Source of the DNA: Lama guanicoe
Lineage: Eukaryota
DNA: 64,000 nt
Direction: 5' to 3'
Assembly: GCA_013239625.1 (NCBI GenBank)
Contig: MU054212.1
Span: 3,935,922 to 3,999,921 of the forward strand
Numbering within the stretch: position 1 is the stretch's first letter; each line of letters starts with the position of its first letter. The notes beneath the pieces are model-generated. The model did no database searches. It was not told where the DNA came from and saw nothing but the letters and a program-made list of their open reading frames with translations. Positions 26,296-38,960 of this stretch are shown here, in pieces. The translations under genes and the position numbers were made by a program.

Positions 26296-29200
26296 ATCTG
26301 TGAGAGAGAAAGTTCATAAATATTCCATAATCTTCCTTTTACCAAAATGTTACTTCCAAATATAGATAACCTTTCATGACACAAAGCAAATGTTATGACA
26401 AGGTACTCTTCAATTAATGCAAATTTTTAAGTTACTATTTAAAACAATTCAAAAATAGAGCAGACTCTATCAAGATGTTGTGATTTCGGATATTTCAGAA
26501 CACAACATAGGAATCACATGCCAATCAAAATAAATCTGAATGAAGCAAACTATCAAGTATGAATTTTACAGAGTTCTGGAACGCTTCCAGATTCCTTCCA
26601 CCCCTTTCAGAATAAGATTTTCATCAGAAGAGATACAGTAAGTCTCAATTAAACAGAACCCACCAATTGTATACATTTAAAGCTTAAAAATAATTTTTGC
26701 TCTAATCCTAGAAGAAAAGTTCAATTTGACATCAGAACAAATTCATATCAGTCATTCAATAAACCTTTTCCGCTCCCTAAAATAAAAATTCAAATTCAGA
26801 AAAATATTCACCCAGGCCAACGCACAGTCTTTAGTTAAAAATATAATCACATTCATTACTGGTGTTATAATAAATAGCCAACGTCTCCTAATATGTTTTA
26901 TAAACAAGTTTAAAAACAAAACTTGAATATAAACAGGTTCCTTGTTAACCCCTACATGACTTAATTAAGCAAAAACAAGCAAACAAACAAAAACACTCTG
27001 CTGTGCAGACTAGTTAATTGAGGATTTACTGTAAAAGCAACAATTAGATGTTGTAATAAGTGGGAAATAAGTGGAATGCATTCTCTTGAATAGTGTCTTC
27101 ATGCTATTACTTCACTCACAGGGCTTACTCACAAGTTCTCTGCTCTGAGATTTTGAATGTGAGATTCCTGAAAATGTTTATTTTCTGTCAGTAGTCAATC
27201 ACCACCAGAGAATGTGGGGTTGGAAAGTGTTAGATGTATCTTATGAGCATCAACTACTGAGTTTTTTTTTCTTCCTAGATAAGTGGCTTGAACTTACTTT
27301 TTCATCTTTGAAAGAAAAAAAAAACTATAGAAATTATCCACTACAGTTATAAATTTATAGATATGATTTTTTTTAAATCATGTAACTTGTAAGTACTACA
27401 CTGAGGAAGTCCACAAGATGAGCTAGTCATCTGTTTCTGAGTTTCAGAGCATCTGTTTCATTTCAGAGACGCTTCTTCTGGCTTAACTAAACTACTCTTC
27501 TATAGCATGTTAAGTATCTGATAAATCAGCATTTAAAGAAATCAAATTCTAGTCCTCAAAATAATTTATAATTCAGATTTAGCATCTCTCACTGTATTAA
27601 TTATATCACAGGTAGCATGAGATAAATTTTTTTTTACAGTTTACCTAGCTACACAAATGTTTAATGAAAATTATTTTGGGTGTAAGTACAAAAGTCAAAA
27701 TTATGTATAAAGAGGCATTGACTAGAAACCATATGAACACACACAAACACACACAACTAAGCATTCGTTACCAATTCCATTACAAATCTTTTCTGAGATG
27801 GTGAAAAACTTGAACAGCAGAACTAAAAAACCCCACAAGGTTGACAATTAAAAGCAGACAAAACTAGAATGAGCTACCACAGTACATTCACTGTAATGTC
27901 TCATAAAAATCTAGCACCACTTTAGACTATAAAATCCAAGCTCATCAAGAATAAATTACTATCTGACGTCAAACACCTAAAACTTAAAAATGAAAGAAAA
28001 AGCCCCATGTAAAGAAAGAAAGACACAGAAAACTAGGAGAAGAACTCAACAAATGACTTCACAGAAGCATAACATTGGTGCACATTTTGCGTTTAGAAGT
28101 GGGACTCATTCCCTTAGCATGTAAGGGTTACAGATAAGCATTAGAGTTTTTCTCAGTTGTATAAAAAGAATCAGTCAATAAAGCAAAGAGGGTTGCAGGG
28201 AAGAGTGTAGAAGATCAGAAAGACAGCTGTCAAAAGAAGTATGTTTCCCTTTGAGGAAAATAGTGAAAGTTTTTGTGCATTTTAATTAGCCTGCTTGCAA
28301 AAAAAAAAAAAATCAGGTGAAGACTACTAATTATCACCTTCCAGCCCCACTAACACTTTGTAGGCTAGCAAAAAGGAAGGAAAGAGGGTGGGGAAAAAGA
28401 AAAAAAAAAAAAGTGAGGAAGAAAAGCACCCTCTCACTCCAGGCCATTAACCGCCACCCCCCCCTCCAAAGGCTTCCAACATCCTTCCAACAACTACTGA
28501 CAAGATTTATCTTCAAAGAACTTTCTTGTTTATAGTACAAATCTTCCCCTCTGTTTCAAATTAAAGCCAATTATCTGGTGAACAGTTTCCATAATAAAAC
28601 CTGGTAGACAGGGGAAGCAGTAACCTTTCCATGTTTTCCCCCTGCATTTGATAGCCTGCAGGTTTCGAGAAGTGAAAACCACTCTTACTTACCCCATTAG
28701 CACGTAGGTGTTGAGAGAGCATGGAAACCCCTGGAAAGATAAATGGCCTCCTTTTCCTTGGATCAGGCTTTTGAGACAACTTTCCAAAGATCTGAAAACT
28801 CTCCGTGGTTTATTTGATCCATAAATTTAAAAACTACTATGGGAAAAATAACATTCTCTTGACAAGCATCATTAACTCTTTCTGGGCAATGGAATCTACA
28901 GTCATCGGTGCATCTAGTTATTGCTGAAGGACAAACTACAAGTACTCAAAGAAACAGATCCATCTGTTGAGATAGCACATAGATGAAATGTAATCATAGA
29001 CCCTTGAGTCCTGGGGCCAATTCTAACTCGCCCTAAAAGACAGGCTCAGCTTTTAATCCAGCAGCTACTGAAAGACACATCTGTGTCCCTTTACCAGTCA
29101 AACACAGCACCCATCCCGTGAGGAATTTCGAAAACTCAATGTTCATTCTACATCCTCAAAATGCACTTGTGTATGCCTAATCTACACAAACCTCCATTAC

Positions 29201-31059
29201 AAAATTACAAACTCTCGTTTATTCTGTGATAACATTTCGCTTTAGGCAAGTGACTTATCAGAAGGTTGTAACTAGCCATTTTCTATTGCTGTAAACTCTG
29301 CTTTGCAAAAACATTAGGGGTGCTTTTAATGAAACCGGGTCATGGTTAGAACAGAACAGCTTTTCTAAATTTTCTTGACCTTAACTAGAAGCAAGAGTAA
29401 TGTCTTAACAAATCTTAAAAGCTTCCCTCTCTTCCTAGTCTACAGAATTCCATTTACCTGACCCGTCAAGAAATGCAGAATAATGAAACCCAAGTCCACT
29501 CACACTTCGACAGGCTCTGTCCCTGTTGAACATTAAATAATACTATGGCCACAGAGCTGCGCCTTCTCCAGTACTAAAAGCAGTCTGACTAATCTTATTA
29601 AACCAGCATCTGAACCATGGCCGCCATGCAATGGGAAAATAATTAGATTGCTAATGACATAAATACTGTATCTCCAAACCCCTATTATTGGCGCTAATAA
29701 GGGGCAAAAAGAGACAGTTCATTCTTGAAATGCTCAATGCAAATTAAGAAAATTTTCCATAGAAACAAGATTCCCATGCTGCAAAATAAATACATTTTGG
29801 TAGACGGGCCCATGACCCTAAGGAGCCTTTCATGTAATTTTTCACACTGTTATGACACAAAGAAGTCTTACTAATTTACAAAGAACTGACAAGTAAATAC
29901 AGAATGGAGTGCCACCTAATTTTAAGCGGGGGGACTTTATCCCTACACATTTAGAAGTAAAGAGTAATGCTTTCCCCCTCCTTACACAGTTGATGAAGGA
30001 TTTAAAGAGAAAGATGTATTGAGCATAACGGAAACTTAAAGTGTAACTCTTTGACCACGTCTCCCTCTAAGTTTTATAATAATAAACAATATGAGAAGCT
30101 AGATACGGAACAAGACACATAAGACATTTTGCACGATTAGTTCCCCAAACTGGGGAATGATTTATGACTGCAAAGTTACCATGCAAGACAGAACCCAGTC
30201 TTCCCTTCAAGGTGATGCCACAAATAGCTGGTGTCAAAGTCTCTTTTCCCAACTGCATTGGAACATGAAACTCCACCAAAAAAAGAAAATCCCAGAACTT
30301 TCATGTCTAGAGAAGCAGATCAGGAAGATAGCTTTGTTTACTATTTATAAAATGATGCGTTCTTATCATTAAAAGCACATAAATAAGTGTCAACACATAT
30401 CGGGGTTGTTCTTTCCTCTTCACTGCGTCAAAGCAGTATTTTCAAAAATGCTGGTTAACACGCGCTATTCCCTTCCTTTTGGGATGATCGGCCAAGAATT
30501 TACATACCTCACTTCTGGAGAAAATCATTTTTGACAGAGGGAATTGTCACGGCAGGAGTGCACAAAAACAGGGCCATATGCTGTCCTTTCTTGAGATACG
30601 AGGTGAAAAGCAATAAACCTGGGCCACTTAGGGGCTGATTCCCTTTCTGAATTGTGAACTTGGTGTTGTGCATGTGAACACAGAAAACGAGAGCACGCTA
30701 AGGCTGGACTAATTATACACGGGATGTCGGCTGTTACCACCACGGCAATGCATGGTCCTCTGGTTAATCCTGCTTAGTTTTAGTTCCAGCCAGAGACTGA
30801 CAGAAAACAGCATCTTCCTCCATGAGCCCCTCTATCAGCCACATTCCTTCACTGCATCAATTGTTTCCGGAGAATAAGCCTCTGCCTTAGTTCCCCAACC
30901 CTAAAATAACCAACTTGTACTGCCAGCTAGTGGGCCGACCCACTCAAGCAATAGTAGGAGTTATCAGGAGGGAGGTCATGAACACACATGCACTGAGGAG
31001 CCGAAGGCAGACTGAGGATGCCTTTCTGCTGTCAAAAGAAGGCCAGCGATGACCACGCA

Positions 31060-31260
31060 GTAAGTGGGTGATGCAAGCGCTTAAGTGAATGTGTTATCAC
31101 TGCATCAGGAGTTCAAAGAGGAAGGATGTCTATGCCTCTGCAGTAGATACTGAGGCTAGAGGGAGGTGGCTGGACCTGGCCAAGGGTACCCAGCTGGCTG
31201 CAGAACCCAAATCTCTGTTCTACAGATCATGGGCTCTCTTCACCAAGCCACACTGTCTCC
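31060..31260 (-). mobile_element. MIR SINE
   Basis: gatactgaggctagagggaggtggctggacctggccaagggtaccc...cagaacccaaatctctg. Confidence 0.6.
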
Positions 31261-31799
31261 ATGGTCCAGTTCACAGAAGCAGCGGGATTTCAGGGATATC
31301 AAGCTGAAATGGGTTGGTAAGGCAGAGAAACTGAAGAGGATGATGAAGAAAGACCACGCCCACAGACTCAGGGAAGGTGGGCCTTCTGGCTTAGCTGTAA
31401 GAGAGTTCTTATCAGTTCTCTTATCAACTCTCAAGGCTGACCTTCAGTGACTCACCTGGCCTACTTACAGGCCTTGGAAACAGGCAAGACAAACTCAGCC
31501 AGGGAAGAAAACAGAGCAGGACATTTATTACCAAATCGCAAAGTCCCAGCAGCCTGGCCGTGGCCTCAGCCTCCCCGCCGCTGACCCAGACGGAGATGCT
31601 CAGAGCCCATGGGGCGCACACTTGGGTACCACAACCCTCCTCCCCAGCAGCTGGGGACTCTCCCGTTCCTTCTTTCGTCTTTGGTTTCATATGTAATTTG
31701 AATGTCACTTCACGTAACCCTGAAATAAATGTGGCTTTTTGAAAGACTGGAAACATAGGAACGTAGGTAACGACGCTGTCTGCATTAAAAAAAAAAAAG

Positions 31800-32260
31800 A
31801 AGTAATTCTTGAGCTATGATTTGTGCGAGTGTAAAAAATCTTAGGAATCATCTAACCAAGATCTATCGTTTTATAAATGGAGTAACTGAGGATCAGAGAG
31901 GCAGGTGTTGTTTCTTTTGAAATTAGAAACACTGAATTCTCAGATGTCTTAATCTGCCTGAAATTTTTTGAGTGAGAAGAGTAAAACGCAGGCAGAAAGA
32001 ATACTAAATTTAAATGTCAGAAATTCAAAATTTGGTTTAACCTATGCCCTCCACTAGCACGGAGACTTGAAAAAAGGCATTTACCTTCTTTAAACCTGGT
32101 TTACTGATACGCAACTTAGAAAGACTAAGATCTTGAAACAGACAATCTCTAAAGGTTTTTTTTTAAAAAATTATTTAAATAAATGTATGTATTTTTATTT
32201 ACTTAAAATAAAGTTAAAATTTTATTTTGTTTATCTAAAGTTCTGATTCAGTTCCAGACT
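31800..32260. mobile_element. Two MIR/MIR3 fragments in opposite orientations
   Basis: ttttataaatggagtaactgaggatcagagag (minus) followed by a plus-strand MIR3-like stretch to gacaatctctaaag. Confidence 0.5.
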
Positions 32261-33463
32261 CATCACAAGTGGGTGACAAGAATTAAGTAAATTACAAGGA
32301 TAACAATAGTAAATAGTTAAGTGCATTTACAGTGACCATTTGCAAAATTTTAAGCTAACTGAGTTTTACAAGTATACACTTATTTTTCATCTCTTTTCTT
32401 CCCTGGCCTCTGTCACGGAGATTTACTTTTATATCTCCAAGACCAGAAGGACAGTTTGACCTTAGTATTTAAGGGTAGCAGACAATGACCCTGACAGAGA
32501 ATTAGCTGATAAGAGTTAGTTAGATATATTTAGCGTGTAAGAAATGTACTATCAGTATGCTGAAAGTATTTGGAGACTTTCGTCATTAGGAGATAGAGCA
32601 TGAATCATGTCTGTGTTACTACCCGGCCACTCATCAAATCTCGTCCACTACGAACACAAGACGCTCTGTCTCCAGAGCTGGTCTGTTTCACGTTTCAGCC
32701 TCACCGTCACTGACAAATTCACTGATCCAAAGTAAAACCTTCTGACTTTCTGCACTTACTGTCCTCACATGGGTTAGTGATGGCTCCGCCTGCAGAATTC
32801 CACACCGTGCTCTTAATAAGTGGAGAAGCATTCCGGGCTGTTCTCCATAGAGAGGACACCAAATGGCCAGTGAAAAGGCCAGACCCAAATTCCTTTGAAG
32901 GAGGCACTGAGGTGACAGATTTCAGCAGGAGGCTATGAAGTTCATGCAGAATTTCACTAAAGCTTCAAAGGCTCTTAACAGAAATTTACCAGGCTGGTTT
33001 GAAAAAAAGACAAAAAAGTTTCTGAAGACTCCATTGCAGTGCTTGCCTGGTCATGGTTGAATCTCCAGTAACTTTTATTGCCAAGAAGTAAAGTATGTGA
33101 CTTCTTGTAAACGTCCTCTAATGGGTCACTCAAAATTTACTTTAAAAGAAGAACAAAAAACTTCCTGAGAATCTCTGACCACATTCAAGTAGCAGATTTA
33201 CAAACTCAAACAAGCAGATCAAAGCCCACACTCTTAAGACCCCTTATCTGGGCAGGCTGGCAAACAAACAAGGCTCAGCCATTGAAAGGCTTTATACTAA
33301 TTCTCTTAAGGAAGAAAGTCAGGGAAGGAAGGAGGGAAGTCAAGGAGGTCAAATTTGTAGGACAAAAAAAAGTTTTTAATATATTCATCTGTTTTGCTAA
33401 AATTTAAGGATACCAGAGGACTGGATAAAAGTACAGGGAAGCATTCATAGAATATGAAGGCAA

Positions 33464-33605
33464 GAAGGTGGGTATAGCTCAGTGGTAGAGCATGTGCTTA
33501 GCATGCACAAGGTCCTGGGTTCAATCCCCAGTACCTTCATTAAAGATAAATAAACATAATTACCTTCCCCCCAAAACAAAACAAATAAAATTTAAAAAAA
33601 TATAT
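33464..33605 (+). mobile_element. tRNA-Ala(AGC)-derived camelid SINE (Vic-1 type)
   Basis: A box tagctcagtgg 33475-33485, B box ggttcaatcc 33518-33527, cttagcatgc anticodon arm, taattaccttcccccc 3' part and A-rich tail. Imperfect TSD aatatgaaggca/aataggaagaca. Confidence 0.9.
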
Positions 33606-33697
33606 AATAGGAAGACAGTAAATATTCTTTCCACATTTATCAGGCCTTGAGTAAAATACTGAATCTGGGCGGTAAGGTGCAAATAAAGATTCTGACA

Positions 33698-33979
33698 CAG
33701 CACTGCCAATGGAAATATTATGTGAGTTGTATGTGTGATTTTAAAGTTTCCAGTAGCCAGTTTAAAAAAAAAACCAAAACAGTAAAAAAGAAATAAGTGA
33801 AATGAATTTTAATTTCATATTTTATTTAATCCAAAATATTATCAACTTAATATGTAATTCATCTTTTAAAAGGAGAAATTTTATATTCTTTTTTTCATCA
33901 TCAGTCTTCAAAAAAGTAGCCTCATTACAAAGGTACAATAGCCACATCTAGCTCCTGGCCATCATATTAAACAGAACGT
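33698..33979. mobile_element. MER33 (hAT-Charlie non-autonomous DNA transposon)
   Basis: cagcactgccaatggaaatattatgtgag...ttccagtagcca...gtaaaaaagaaataagtgaaatgaattttaat...aatagccacatctagct follows MER33. Confidence 0.8.
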
Positions 33980-34814
33980 TTAAAAACACAGTTAATTTTC
34001 TGGAATTCGAAAGTATCAAAATACTGTGCTAAGCCAGGAGAAGGGGGAAAAAAAAAAGACGAAAAAAAAAAAGGCATATGTTCACCAAAGATGTGGCACA
34101 AAATTCTCTGCTGCCTGAGAAGAGGAGGCGAGACAGAGACAGCCTGGGCATAAATGAAATATGAATGATTTAAATTTAGACATCAAAGCGAACTTCACAG
34201 CAATTGGGGCTGAAACATCTCTACTGCAGGCATCGATATGGAGCCTCTTCCTTGGAATACTGTTTAAAATGAGCATAATTTTTAAAGTAACTTAGAATTA
34301 GCTCTAAAAAAAAGGACAGGGAACATGGAATACTCCTGCTATACGTTCCACCCAGCTTTTAACAATGATACACTCCTAGCGTAAAGTCACCCTGCATAAA
34401 AGCCTGAGCGAAATCTGCAGGCTCTAAGGAGCCATCATGAAGATACACATTTCCCTTTCAGAAAACCTAAGGAAAGATGACAATATCTTGAAAAGAACAA
34501 AGGTAAAACAAGAGCAGTCATTTGGGAAAGACATCAGATTTCATAGTATTTAGTAGTGTCATCCTCCACTCCAACAATTAAGATGTTAGGTGGGACAAGA
34601 CAACTGGATCCTAACATAGTTTCAGTGCATCCCAGGCCTATATGCACACACTATTAATTATGTTTCCCACTGATCCTCCAACATACAATTAGTACAGAAA
34701 CAGTGTGTTAAGAAAAAAAATAAGTAAGTACTTCATATCTGGATTTTTTATTTGAATTTATTTCTAAATTTAACTGACAAGTGATGAGCAATAAAATCAG
34801 CTTCAGTTTCATTT

Positions 34815-35375
34815 TTCCACATAAATATACACATATTCTTTTTTCATTACAGGATACTACAAACCAGTGAATATAGTTCTCTGTGTTATACAGCAGGATT
34901 TTGCTGTTTATCTATTCTGTATGTAGCAGTTTGTATCAGCCAATCCCAAACTCCCAATTTATCCTTCCCGCCCTCCCTGCTTCACCCTGCACTGGTAACT
35001 GTAAGTTTGTTTTCTATGTCTATAAGTCTCTTTCTATTTTTGTAGATAAGTTTGTATCATTTTTTTTAGATTCCATATAAAAGTGATATCATATGATGTT
35101 TGTCTTTCCCTAACTTACTTCACTTACTGTGGTAATCTCCAGGTCCATCCATGTTGCTGCAAATGACATTATTTCATTCCTTTTTGTGGCTGAGTACTAT
35201 TCCACTGTATACATATACCACATCTTCTTTATCCAGTCATCTGTTGATGGACATTTAGGTTGTTTCGATGTCTTGGCTGTTGTAAAAGGTGCTGCTACGA
35301 ACACTGAACTGCATGTGTATTTTCGGATTAAGAGTTTCCTCTAGATATATGCCCAGGAGTGGGATTGCTGGATCA
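34815..35375 (-). mobile_element. Lineage-specific L1 3' fragment with 17-bp TSD
   Basis: Reverse L1 3' region (ggtccatccatgttgctgcaaatg, gcccaggagtgggattgctggatca). TSD cagcttcagtttcattt 34798-34814 / cagcttcagcttcattt 35376-35392. Confidence 0.92.
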
Positions 35376-35453
35376 CAGCTTCAGCTTCATTTAAACTGTA
35401 TTCTTTTCCCTTTAACTTCTACACCATGTAGCTGTCAAAGATGGTTTTTCATA

Positions 35454-36577
35454 ATGACTCATGTTAAAGCTGGAACTCAAGGTTGGCATCATCTAGATCT
35501 GAGGTCAGTAAAATACTTGGGTTACTATGTCATGAGAGGTTTTATTTATGAGGTCTCTAAAGTTGTGAGGCCTTGAATCAGTTATTAATATAACCTCAGT
35601 AGGCACCTTGCCAAGTTTGGCTCAACCTGTCCATCTTCAAACATAAGAAATCACTAGATTACTCTTTAACTGAATTGTAGACTGCCTTCTTAATGGAAAC
35701 AAATACTAAAAAAATATTTTACAAGAAACAGTATTAAGGTTTAGCTTCCGTTTTGTCAAAAACTTTAAGGCCCCCCAGTTCTCAGCCATTTTCCTGCCTG
35801 ATCCACTGGAGGGGTATGGCACATCCCTAAGAAAAATAGGAGGTCCTAAGTGGTGAGTCAGTGATGTCAAAGAAGAAGGTCCACCCTCCCAAACTCTCAC
35901 TCCTGGGAGATGTATCTTGCCTATTAAAACTCAATGGATTAAGAACCCTGGAGTGTCAGGCATTTTCAGCCTTTGCTTGAAGCCTAGTTCCCAGTGATAC
36001 CCCGGAAAGAACTGGAATTACTTAAGAGTGCTGGCTCCTGGGTGGCAGTTATGGCTAAAAGATTTTATGGGAGATATTCCTAGCAAAAGATCTCCTTCCC
36101 CACAGGTGCCACAGCGATGACTTCCACAAATGCCATGTAGGAAGGGGGACATGAGTCATATCGCTTTAATTCCTGCCCTAGTCTTCAGACCTTCTAAATT
36201 GGAAGATGCAGGAATGCCCCCACCATGAGTCACCAAACCCTGCTGGGTCTGATCCCTTCAGCACTCCTTAGTGACTGGGAAGAGGAAATCTAATGAGTCA
36301 ACCCCCCAAGGATTCCCAAACATAGGCCACTGTTGCCTACTGGCTGGTGACAAAGGTTCCCACTGGCCCCCAGTATCTTTCTCAGAGAATTTCCTGATAT
36401 CAGGGACCCAGGTTACACAATCTTGCAGATCAACAGGGAATGCTTTCATTAGAACCACACCAGTACCACCATAACCACCGCGCTGGCCATTTCCAGTGTG
36501 CCCAGTATATTCCAAAGTCAAGTAACTTACGTTAAAATGATTACCTCCCATTTATACAAACATCCCCATGTGAGTCA
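35454..36577. promoter_or_regulatory. Candidate AP-1/TEAD enhancer (homotypic TGA[CG]TCA cluster)
   Basis: Six perfect TGA[CG]TCA at 35455, 35854, 36152, 36226, 36294 and 36571; GGAATG at 36211 and 36437; AACCACA at 36453. Motifs are seen directly; function is inferred. Confidence 0.5.
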
Positions 36578-36826
36578 GAATTTTTACAATGTTTTTTTCA
36601 AGTGACTGAATCAGTGGGACATCTGAACTCTGTTTCAGCTTATACGATCTGGTCTAGATCTGTCAAACATGCATCTACAAAACAAGTAAACTCAATAAAT
36701 CTCATAAAATTTTAATACTGCATTTTTATTAGCTCAGGTGAAGATTCCCACACTCTCCTTCCTTGAGAAGGCTTATCCTTTATTCTGACATTTCTGGTAT
36801 TAAGTGATGGTAATAATTGTTTAATG

Positions 36827-37032
36827 CAATGATTCTCAACTGTGGGTGATTCCACCCTGGCACTGGAGCATCGGCTGGCTTTGGAGGTATTTTTGGTTGC
36901 CCCCAAAATATTGGGGCATCTAATGGGTAGCAGTCAGGGATGTTGCAAAACACTGTACAATGCCAGGACAGTCGCACACATCAAAGAACTATCTGGTCCA
37001 AAAAGTCAATAGTGCCAAGGTTGAGAAACAGG
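36827..37032. mobile_element. MER20 (hAT-Charlie DNA transposon)
   Basis: caatgattctcaac...ggcatctaatgggtagcagtcagggatgttgc...aaagaactatctggtccaaaaagtcaatagtgccaaggttgagaaac. Confidence 0.88.
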
Positions 37033-38150
37033 AGCTGAAGTCTTCATGAGGCAAACTTTTTGAACTTTTACTTACTTTTTAATCCAAATACCTGGAATTA
37101 CTAGGGACTAAAGGACCACTTATGAGGGAGGGACCACTGGGTGACAGAGTTTAATAAACAGTTTGTGAACTAGATAACTCTGAAGGCCTGAGCATCTAGA
37201 AGAATGAAGGTAATAACATGATATGTTTGCATAATGTTTTACATTTTACTAACACCTTTAACTTGTCTTCCGATCAAACTATGCATTATTTTGAATACCC
37301 TTTAAGGAACCATATCAGATCACACCAGAAGGATTTCAGCTTAGAACAAAGGGAAGTTTCTCATGGAAATAAGTATTTCAGTAGAAAGTGGGTTCCTTAC
37401 CACTGTAAGATTTTAAACGAGGAATGAATGACTGACCATACATGTGCCTATTTTAGAAGGAACTCCCAAAAGGCCAGAGAATCAAACAAGATGAAAGCGA
37501 AGGTCACTGACACGCAAGATTTTTGCTATAAAAACCAGTCAATAGCAAAGACTACATGTTTCACACTTTTCCAAACAAGTCTTTCATTTGTGGATAGTTC
37601 TCACACGATCTCCCTGCTGGCCTTTGATCCTGAGCACAGAATCTGTGTGATATAAAAGACACGCAAGGTTTGAACCACAGAAATCTGAACTCCTGACTTC
37701 GTGAACCAAACCAGCCCTGACTGAAGGAAACTGAGTCACCTGAAAAAGTTCACACGGGCCCACGTAAAGGAAGAGCTGCTGGTTTTATGTCACAAGCACC
37801 TGTCTCAGGAATGAAGACGGAAGAATCAGTATTTCATCTTCGTAAAAACTAGACTACTTACATTTTGTAGGCTGGGGAGGGTTCACTAAACAGCTTCATC
37901 TCCCACAACTGTGCCTGCAGTCTGGTTTTTGCACTCTCCCTCCCTCACAGATTACAACGTATCTGAGATAAATCTTCTCATTTGGGAAGTTTGAAAGTGG
38001 CTTGTCTCACTCATTTTTTTTATACTGATATTTAATACCCCCTTCAAATGAAAATTGACTGCTACTACCCAAAGGGGAAGAAATGACACACAAAGAGAAA
38101 GCCATACACCTCCTTATAAAAACCAAAATGTTCTCAATGAGATTAATTGA

Positions 38151-38294
38151 GGGTGGGGGGTGGGTACAGCTCTGTAGTAGAACACATGCTTAGCATGCAC
38201 AAGGTCCTAGGTTCAATCCCCAGTACCGCTATTAAAAAAAAATAATAATAAATAAATACATAAATAAATTTTAAAAATAAAAAAGTAAAAAAAA
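38151..38294 (+). mobile_element. tRNA-Ala-derived camelid SINE (Vic-1 type)
   Basis: gggtacagctctgtagtagaacacatgcttagcatgcacaaggtcctaggttcaatccccagtacc followed by an (AAAT)n/A tail. Confidence 0.9.
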
Positions 38295-38784
38295 GATTTG
38301 GGACTGGAAATAACAACCTCAAATTAGGTAAACTAAATCCATATGGCCAGACGTGTGATCCAAAGGAAATATGGCTAAAGGGAAAATACACAACAGGAAC
38401 AAATAAATGTTCACAGCCCCCGGGTCAGCGCTCTCTCTTCCAGGCGGCGCACCGTCTCACCCGCGGAGGACGCACAGCTGGCAGGGGGGCCACACCAAGC
38501 TCACAGCAGCAGGTTCACTTGGGAACTAGTTCGAAGAGATTTAGTGGAAGTGCTCCGGGACCGCAGTAGGAAGAGGCTGCTTGCTATCATCCAGGAATTA
38601 GAGCTTAACGTCACCACATCGCAAAATTTATTCACGAAGAATATAAACTATCAAGAAAAGTACGTACAATGAACTGCACGGACACGTGCACAGATTCTGC
38701 TCTCGTAGAATGTGCTGACTTCTAAAAACTGCTGACTTTTTGTTTTATTTTGTGTTCATTTGAAGATAAAAGCAGCTCGTCAGA

Positions 38785-38960
38785 TGATAATCACAGACCT
38801 GCGAGGAATCTTAGTAATCACACAGTGCAAGACCTGCATTTTCCAAATAGGAAAACAGTCACCCAGGAGACCAGAGGCGTGGTAAGGTTACACTGAAGCT
38901 AGGCGCTGAGCTGTCCCTGAAATCCAAGTTTCCTGACTCTGAGATGATTGCTCTCACTAA
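38785..38960 (-). mobile_element. MIR/MIR3 SINE
   Basis: cattttccaaataggaaaacag...aaggttacac...tgaaatccaagtttcctgactc. Confidence 0.6.

Noticed and set aside
33464..33540. tRNA-Ala(AGC) gene (also at 38151 and 60668)
   Set aside because: CpG-decayed tRNA-like heads followed by SINE body, A-rich tails and TSDs; these are SINE copies, not tRNA genes.
34883..35576. Hydrophobic ORFs resembling membrane proteins
   Set aside because: Largely antisense translations of the L1 3' region.
38415..38570. CpG island / promoter
   Set aside because: Only about 150 nt of GC/CpG-rich sequence, too short, with no supporting promoter architecture.
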